Of a stretch of DNA of 64,000 bases, positions 58,610 to 64,000 are shown one piece after another. Each line of letters starts with the position of its first letter. Position 1 is the stretch's first letter. The stretch is from NCBI GenBank assembly GCA_021792455.1, contig JAJYUP010000003.1:5669-69668 (forward strand), in the 5' to 3' direction. The position numbers were made by a program, and so were the translations under genes. This DNA comes from Actinomycetes bacterium (lineage in GTDB: Bacteria; Actinomycetota; Thermoleophilia; Solirubrobacterales; Solirubrobacteraceae). Below the pieces are notes generated by a model. The model was not told the DNA's origin. It saw only the letters and a list, made by a program, of their open reading frames with translations, and made no database searches.

Positions 58610-60754
58610 GTGGCACTGCTGATCGCATCGGACCTGCAGAAGGACATGGCTGGCAGCCCGCTGCTGCGCGGGGTCTCCTTCAAGCTCGAGCGCAGGGATC
58701 GGATGACGATCGCCGCTCGCAATGGCGCCGGCAAGACGACCCTGTTGCGGATGCTCGCGGGGGAGGAGTCGATCGACGGTGGCGAGCTGAGGGTGGGCAG
58801 GGGTGTTCGCGTCGCATTGCACGACCAGCGCCCGCCACGATGGGGCAGGGGTCGCGGTGACGCAGTCGGCGGCGGTGAGGTGCTCTGCCTGCGGGACTAC
58901 GTCCTGTCCGGATGCCGCGAGGAGCTTCAGATCGAGGCTGAGCTCGCCGAGCTGGAGGCTTCGATGGGAGGTGGCGTCGCCGACGAGTCGACCTTCGACC
59001 GCTATGCACGAGCCCAGACGAGGCTCGAGGCGCTCGGAGGGTACCTCTGGCGCGATCGCGCGACGCTGACGAGCAGGGGGCTTGGCTTCGCTGAGGAGGA
59101 TCTGACACGTCCGTTGTCCACCTTCTCTGGTGGCGAGCTGACGCGCGCTTCGCTTGCGAGGGCGCTTGCGACAGGCGCTGAGGTGCTGCTGCTCGATGAG
59201 CCGACCAACCACCTCGACATCGAGTCGCTCGAGTGGCTCGAGCAGACGCTGACGACGATCGATGCCGCCGTCGTTCTCGTTGCCCACGACCGGTGGTTCC
59301 TCGAGGCGGTCGGGACCTCGGTGCTCGAGATCGACGGCGGGCGCTCACGATTCTTCGCCGGCAGCTGGCACGCCTGGCGCCGTGAGAAGGCGGCGAGGGA
59401 GCTCGCGCTCGGTCGTGCGATCGAGTCGCAGCAGGCGGAGATAGCGAGGCTCGAGCGGTTCATCGCACGGTTCCGCTACAAGGCGAGCAAGGCGCGTCAG
59501 GCGCAGTCGCGGGTGAAGCGCCTCGCGAAGATGGAGAAGCTCGGCGGCTCCGACGGCCGACAACAGCGGAGCCTCGAGTTCGACTTCAAGGCACCTGAGC
59601 GCTCTGGTCGGGTGATCTTCGAGATGAGCGGCGCGCAGATCACTGTCGGCGGCGATGATCGCCGGCCTGAGCGGGTGCTGATCGAAGACGCAGAGCTGTG
59701 GCTCGAGCGGGGTGAGCACGTCTGTCTCGTCGGTCCGAACGGAAGCGGCAAGAGCACCTTGATCGACACGCTTGCCGGCAGGCGTGAGCTGCAGCGCGGC
59801 AAGCTGAGCATAGGCCACAACGTGAAGGTCGGATACCTCTCCCAGCACGCGGAGGAGCTCGGCGTCGGTGGTGATCCCGGGCAGAGCGTCCTCGATGCGG
59901 CAGCGCGGGCGACAGGGCTGAGCCCGAACAAGGCGCGCGCCCTGCTCGGCGCATTCCTCTTCTCCGGCTCCGACGCGGACAAGCCGCTTGCGGGGTTGTC
60001 CGGCGGGGAGCGGCAGCGGCTGGCGCTGGCGATCCTCGTGCAGTCTGGCGCGAACGTCCTGATCCTCGACGAGCCGACGAACCACCTCGATCTCGACAGC
60101 CGCGAGGCGCTCGAGGATGCGCTGCGTGCCTTCGAGGGCGCGATTCTGCTCGTCTCTCACGATCGCGCACTGCTCGATGCGGTCGGCGCTCGCACGATCG
60201 CGTTGGAGGGTCAGGGCCTGCGGAGCTGCCTCGGCGGCTGGCCTGAGTATGTGCGCCTGCGCGAAGAGATGCGTGGGGCAAGCGGACAGTCTCTGAGCGA
60301 AGCAGGTGAAGCCAAGCGCTCAGCGGTCCCGAACGGTGTGGCCCCGAACCGCGCAGCCCCGAACGGCGGAGCTCCGAGCGGCGCAGCCCCGAACGGCGGA
60401 GCCCCGAGCGGAGCGGCCGCAAACGGTGCACCAGCCAACGGCGGCGCGAGAGCCGCGAGCACGGCGCCGGGGCGCTCGCGCGCGGGTGTGGTCGCGGGCG
60501 CTCACGCTCAGCGCGCGCCCGCGCGAGATGGAGGGCGGCGTCGCGGTCCATCGAAGAACCGTCTGCGCGAGCAGGCGCAGGCGGAAGCGGCGATCGAGGC
60601 CGCTGAGCAGTCTCTGCGCGATCTCGAGGACGAGCTCTCGGACCCAGCGGCTTGGGCGACGAAGTATGAGACCGCGAAGTCAGAGGCCCGCCACACCGCG
60701 GCGAAGCGCGCCGTCGAGCAGGCATATGAGCGCCTTCAGGCCCTCGTTGACTGA
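58610..60754 (+). CDS. ABC-F family ATP-binding protein
   Basis: Two ABC cassettes (NGAGKTT/FSGGE/DEPTNHLD and GPNGSGKS/LSGGE/DEPTNHLD), FRYKASKARQAQSR linker, C-terminal coiled coil. Confidence 0.95.
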   Translation: MALLIASDLQKDMAGSPLLRGVSFKLERRDRMTIAARNGAGKTTLLRMLAGEESIDGGELRVGRGVRVALHDQRPPRWGRGRGDAVGGGEVLCLRDYVLSGCREELQIEAELAELEASMGGGVADESTFDRYARAQTRLEALGGYLWRDRATLTSRGLGFAEEDLTRPLSTFSGGELTRASLARALATGAEVLLLDEPTNHLDIESLEWLEQTLTTIDAAVVLVAHDRWFLEAVGTSVLEIDGGRSRFFAGSWHAWRREKAARELALGRAIESQQAEIARLERFIARFRYKASKARQAQSRVKRLAKMEKLGGSDGRQQRSLEFDFKAPERSGRVIFEMSGAQITVGGDDRRPERVLIEDAELWLERGEHVCLVGPNGSGKSTLIDTLAGRRELQRGKLSIGHNVKVGYLSQHAEELGVGGDPGQSVLDAAARATGLSPNKARALLGAFLFSGSDADKPLAGLSGGERQRLALAILVQSGANVLILDEPTNHLDLDSREALEDALRAFEGAILLVSHDRALLDAVGARTIALEGQGLRSCLGGWPEYVRLREEMRGASGQSLSEAGEAKRSAVPNGVAPNRAAPNGGAPSGAAPNGGAPSGAAANGAPANGGARAASTAPGRSRAGVVAGAHAQRAPARDGGRRRGPSKNRLREQAQAEAAIEAAEQSLRDLEDELSDPAAWATKYETAKSEARHTAAKRAVEQAYERLQALVD

Positions 60755-60858
60755 CGGATCCGACCTACACTCAGTTGCGTGCTCATCCGAGCGACAGAGA
60801 TCAGCCGCGCAGATGAGACAAAGGTGCCGCGAGAGACAAAGGTGGAGTGAGTCAGGGG

Positions 60859-61218
60859 ATGAGCAGATCTCAGACGATCCGCAACGTGCTCATCCTGCTT
60901 GCGATCGCCGCGCTCGTGCAGTTCGTGCCTGGCGGCAGCAGGGGCGCCGCGGTCGTGGAAGCTGTGCTCTGGACTGCTCTCGGCGCGGCAGTCGGCTATG
61001 TCGGAGTCCGCCTGTATCGCGAACATCGCATAAGCCTCGACAGCCTCGGCCCGAAGCACAGGGCGCTGCTCTACGGTGCGCTCGCGCTTGGCGCGGTGCT
61101 GCTTGCAGGCCGCGCTGAAATGTGGTCCACGGGCGGGGGCGAGGTGCTCTGGTTCGTGCTGCTTGCGCTCGCGATATATCTGCTCGTTGTCGTCTACCGG
61201 TTCTGGCACAGCAGTTGA
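60859..61218 (+). CDS. Four-TM membrane protein, hypothetical
   Basis: Hydrophobic helices; TTGA overlap with uvrC. Confidence 0.65.
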   Translation: MSRSQTIRNVLILLAIAALVQFVPGGSRGAAVVEAVLWTALGAAVGYVGVRLYREHRISLDSLGPKHRALLYGALALGAVLLAGRAEMWSTGGGEVLWFVLLALAIYLLVVVYRFWHSS

Positions 61219-63083
61219 GCTTCGCTGACCAACGCCGGCAGCTGCCTGATCAGCCGGGGGTGTACCTGTTTCGCGACGAGCGCGGTCGCGTGATCTACGT
61301 CGGCAAGGCGAAGTCGGTGCGCAAGCGTGTCGCCTCTCACTTCTCGAAGGCAAGCTCGCCTTCCAGCCCTGGCCACGAGGAGATGGTCGCGCAGGCGAGG
61401 CACGTCGAATGCGTCGTCGTCGGCAGCGAGACGGAAGCTCTGCTCGCTGAGCAGAGCTTCATAAAGCAGTATCGGCCGCGCTTCAACGTCAAGCTCCGCG
61501 ACGACAAGTCCTATCCCTACATCGCGGTCTCGCTCGATGAGGATTTTCCTCGGGTCTACTTCACGCGCGAGAAGCACCGTGAGGGGCGAGCCTACTTCGG
61601 GCCCTACTCGAACGCAAAGCGCGTCCGCGGCACGCTCGATCTGCTCGGCAAGGTGTTCATGTTCCGCACCTGTGATGGCGCCGTCCCAGGGCGTCGCAGC
61701 GGCAGCCCCTGCCTCGACTACCACATCAAGCGCTGCGAGGCGCCATGCGTCGGGTACATCTCGAGGGAGCAGTACAGGAAGAGCATCGACGCGGTGGTTG
61801 ACTTCCTCTCTGGGCGCCTTCAGGCGGTCGAGTCCGACCTGAGAGAGAAGATGGAGGCGGCAGCCGCCGTTGAAGACTTCGAGCAGGCGACTCTCGAGCG
61901 CAACCGCCTGAGGGCGGTGCGATCGCTGTTGGAGCATCAGCGGGTCGTCGGCGCCGCCGGCACCTTCGACGTCGTCGCTGTTGCGCTCGACGGCGTCGAT
62001 GCGAACGCCCAGGTCTTCCAGGTTCGCGACGGTGTCCTCTCAGACCGCCAGTCCTTCTTCCTCTGCAACGAGGTGGAGCGGACGCCTGGTGAGGTGATCG
62101 AGGAGTTCCTGCTTCAGTACTACGCCGGCAGCGCTGCGATACCTCCAAAGATCATCGTCCAGCGCGCGCTGCTGCAACGCGAGCAGGGTGAGCAGGATGC
62201 GATCGCGGAGGTGCTTTCCGCGCGCCGCCGCGCGCCCGTCCAGATCAGGGCCGCTGAGCGGGGCGAGAAGCGAAAGATCTCAGAGCTCGCTGAGCGCAAC
62301 GCGGTGCTTGCTCTCGACGCTGAGCGGCTGCGGCTGCAGCGCCGCCGGCAGAGCAGGATCGAGGCGCTTGAAGGACTGCGGCAGGCCCTCGGGATCGCCG
62401 CGCTGCCGTTGCGGATCGAGTGCTTCGACGTCTCGAATCTCGGCGGCACGCACACCGTCGCTTCGATGGTCGTCTTCGAGAATGGCACGGCGAAGAAGGC
62501 GGACTATCGCCGCTTCACGATCCGCACCGTCGAAGGCTCTGACGACTATGCCTCACTGGAGGAGGCGCTTCGCAGGCGGGTCGCGAAGTGGCAGCAGCTC
62601 GCTTCGGTCCCCCCGCATGAGACGGCCTGCGATTCGAGCTTCGCGACGCTGCCGAGCCTCATCGTCATCGATGGCGGGAAGGGTCAGCTGACAGCAGCGT
62701 TGCGCGCTCTTGGCCCGCTGCTCGACAGAGGTGTCGCGGCCATCGCGCTTGCGAAGCGGATCGAGGAGGTGTTCCTCCCCGATCGCAGGGAGCCGCTGCT
62801 GCTCGACGAGCGCTCCGCCCCCCTGCAGCTGCTGCAGCGGGTGCGCGACGAGGCTCACCGGTTCGCGCTCGCCCACCATCGCGTGCGGCGCGACCGCGCG
62901 ATGAGTGCGTCCCTGCTCGACGGTCTGCCAGGGGTCGGGCCGGCACGCAAGCGCGCTCTGCTCTTCCACTTCGGATCTCCAGAAGCGATCCTCGAGGCCT
63001 CGCGCGAGGAGCTGCAAGCGGTTCCCGGTGTGCCGCCGAAGGTTGGGAGAAGCCTGCATGCGCTTCTGCACAAGACGGGTTGA
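61215..63083 (+). CDS. uvrC: Excinuclease ABC subunit C
   Basis: PGVYLF..IYVGKAK GIY-YIG, RDDKSYPYI, IECFDVSN, IDGGKGQ, RDEAHRFA, HhH; TTG start at 61215. Confidence 0.97.
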   Translation: MSFADQRRQLPDQPGVYLFRDERGRVIYVGKAKSVRKRVASHFSKASSPSSPGHEEMVAQARHVECVVVGSETEALLAEQSFIKQYRPRFNVKLRDDKSYPYIAVSLDEDFPRVYFTREKHREGRAYFGPYSNAKRVRGTLDLLGKVFMFRTCDGAVPGRRSGSPCLDYHIKRCEAPCVGYISREQYRKSIDAVVDFLSGRLQAVESDLREKMEAAAAVEDFEQATLERNRLRAVRSLLEHQRVVGAAGTFDVVAVALDGVDANAQVFQVRDGVLSDRQSFFLCNEVERTPGEVIEEFLLQYYAGSAAIPPKIIVQRALLQREQGEQDAIAEVLSARRRAPVQIRAAERGEKRKISELAERNAVLALDAERLRLQRRRQSRIEALEGLRQALGIAALPLRIECFDVSNLGGTHTVASMVVFENGTAKKADYRRFTIRTVEGSDDYASLEEALRRRVAKWQQLASVPPHETACDSSFATLPSLIVIDGGKGQLTAALRALGPLLDRGVAAIALAKRIEEVFLPDRREPLLLDERSAPLQLLQRVRDEAHRFALAHHRVRRDRAMSASLLDGLPGVGPARKRALLFHFGSPEAILEASREELQAVPGVPPKVGRSLHALLHKTG

Positions 63084-63213
63084 ACGGAACGCTCTGCGCA
63101 GTGCGACGGGGTCGGCAGAGGTTGCACAGATCCGGCGGCGGTTGACCAGGCCCCGCCCCACCCGACGGCGAGGTCCCTCGCTCGTCCGCAAAGCGCGGCA
63201 CAATCAGTGGTGA

Positions 63214-64000
63214 ATGGCTTCATTGGATGCGCATCCGTCGCAGCAGGACGCTCGCAGGCGAGGCGACGCCTCGCGTCTGCAGAACCTCGTCGTGATCACT
63301 GGGTTCTCTGGTGCGGGCAAGTCGACCGCGATGAACGTCTTCGAGGATGCCGGCTACTTCTGTGTCGACAACCTGCCTCCTGAGATGATCAGCTCGCTGC
63401 TTCAGCTGTTCATGCATCAAGGCTCGAAGGTCGAGCGGGCCGCTGTGGTCTCCGACGTGCGGGGAGGCGTCTACTTCGAGGCGCTCGAGGAGGTCGTCGC
63501 CGACCTCAGGGGCCTTGGCGTCAACCACACGCTGCTGTTCCTCGACGCCTCTGAGCAGACTCTCGTCGACCGCTACAAGGAGACACGTCGGCGCCATCCC
63601 CTCGCGCCCGATGGCAGCGTCGCCGCCGGGGTTGCGGCGGAGCGGGCGCTGCTCGAGCCGCTGCGCGCACGCGCGGACCTCGTGATCGACACGACCGGAT
63701 TCTCCACTGGGATGCTTGCGCGCAAGATCGCCGAGGAGCTGCTGCCCCAACAGCCTGCAGGCAGGCTCGCCGTCACGTTCATGAGCTTCGGCTTCAAGTA
63801 TGGTCCGCCTCGCGGTGAGGACCTCGCCTTCGACGTGCGGTTCCTGCCGAACCCCCACTACCAGGAGGACCTGCGCGAGCTCACGGGGCGCGACGATCGC
63901 GTCGTCCGCTACATCGCCCGCGATGATCGGCTCGAGCGCCTGTATCAGCACCTCCATCCGCTGCTCGACTTCCTGTTCCCGCAGTATGTGGCGGAGGGCA
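63214..64000 (+). CDS. rapZ: RNase adapter RapZ (YvcJ-family P-loop protein), 3' truncated by window edge
   Basis: Missing from the ORF track because it has no stop; own translation gives VVITGFSGAGKS, GYFCVDNLP, RYKETRRRHPL, SFGFKYG, DVRFLPNP; follows uvrC. Confidence 0.95.
   Translation, partial: MASLDAHPSQQDARRRGDASRLQNLVVITGFSGAGKSTAMNVFEDAGYFCVDNLPPEMISSLLQLFMHQGSKVERAAVVSDVRGGVYFEALEEVVADLRGLGVNHTLLFLDASEQTLVDRYKETRRRHPLAPDGSVAAGVAAERALLEPLRARADLVIDTTGFSTGMLARKIAEELLPQQPAGRLAVTFMSFGFKYGPPRGEDLAFDVRFLPNPHYQEDLRELTGRDDRVVRYIARDDRLERLYQHLHPLLDFLFPQYVAEG

Noticed and set aside
63220-63957. 245-aa minus-strand ORF at the window end
   Set aside because: Antisense to rapZ, which is the real gene on the + strand.

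Overview
High-GC actinobacterial chromosome segment. Gene content and order, the ADSHEYALAA tmRNA tag and the frameshifted prfB suggest class Thermoleophilia/Solirubrobacterales (inference). Left part (1-25.1 kb) is core genome: end of the atp operon (atpG-D-C), nucleotide-sugar genes with ahcY, hpf, a secreted 10-residue-repeat fibre-like protein, secA, prfB (+1 frameshift), nadC-nadA, M16 and S41 peptidases, rnr, smpB, a site-2 protease and ssrA. A ~5 kb accessory or defence islet follows ssrA: transposase pseudogene, type II toxin-antitoxin pair, tandem HIRAN-like protein, and a MunI-like endonuclease convergent with a D12-class adenine methyltransferase. Then come surface and lipid genes and purM, and a 14 kb mce locus (secreted protein, six MlaD/Mce proteins, an embedded lytic transglycosylase/degenerate-M23 protein and an ATPase, but no permease). 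The right end holds a LexA-box imuB-dnaE2 cassette, fatty-acyl reductase and enoyl-CoA hydratase, ABC-F, uvrC and partial rapZ. Most unusual signals: (1) exported-protein genes switch to GAA Glu codons and some are strongly Asp-depleted, while cytoplasmic genes, even in the same operon, use GAG; (2) mini-ORFs bridge stop/start overlaps between operon genes; (3) three abutting perfect 24-bp palindromes lie between atpD and atpC; (4) one base appears to have removed the stop codons of both R-M genes. All product calls come from motif recognition, not database searches, and all counts were made by eye.
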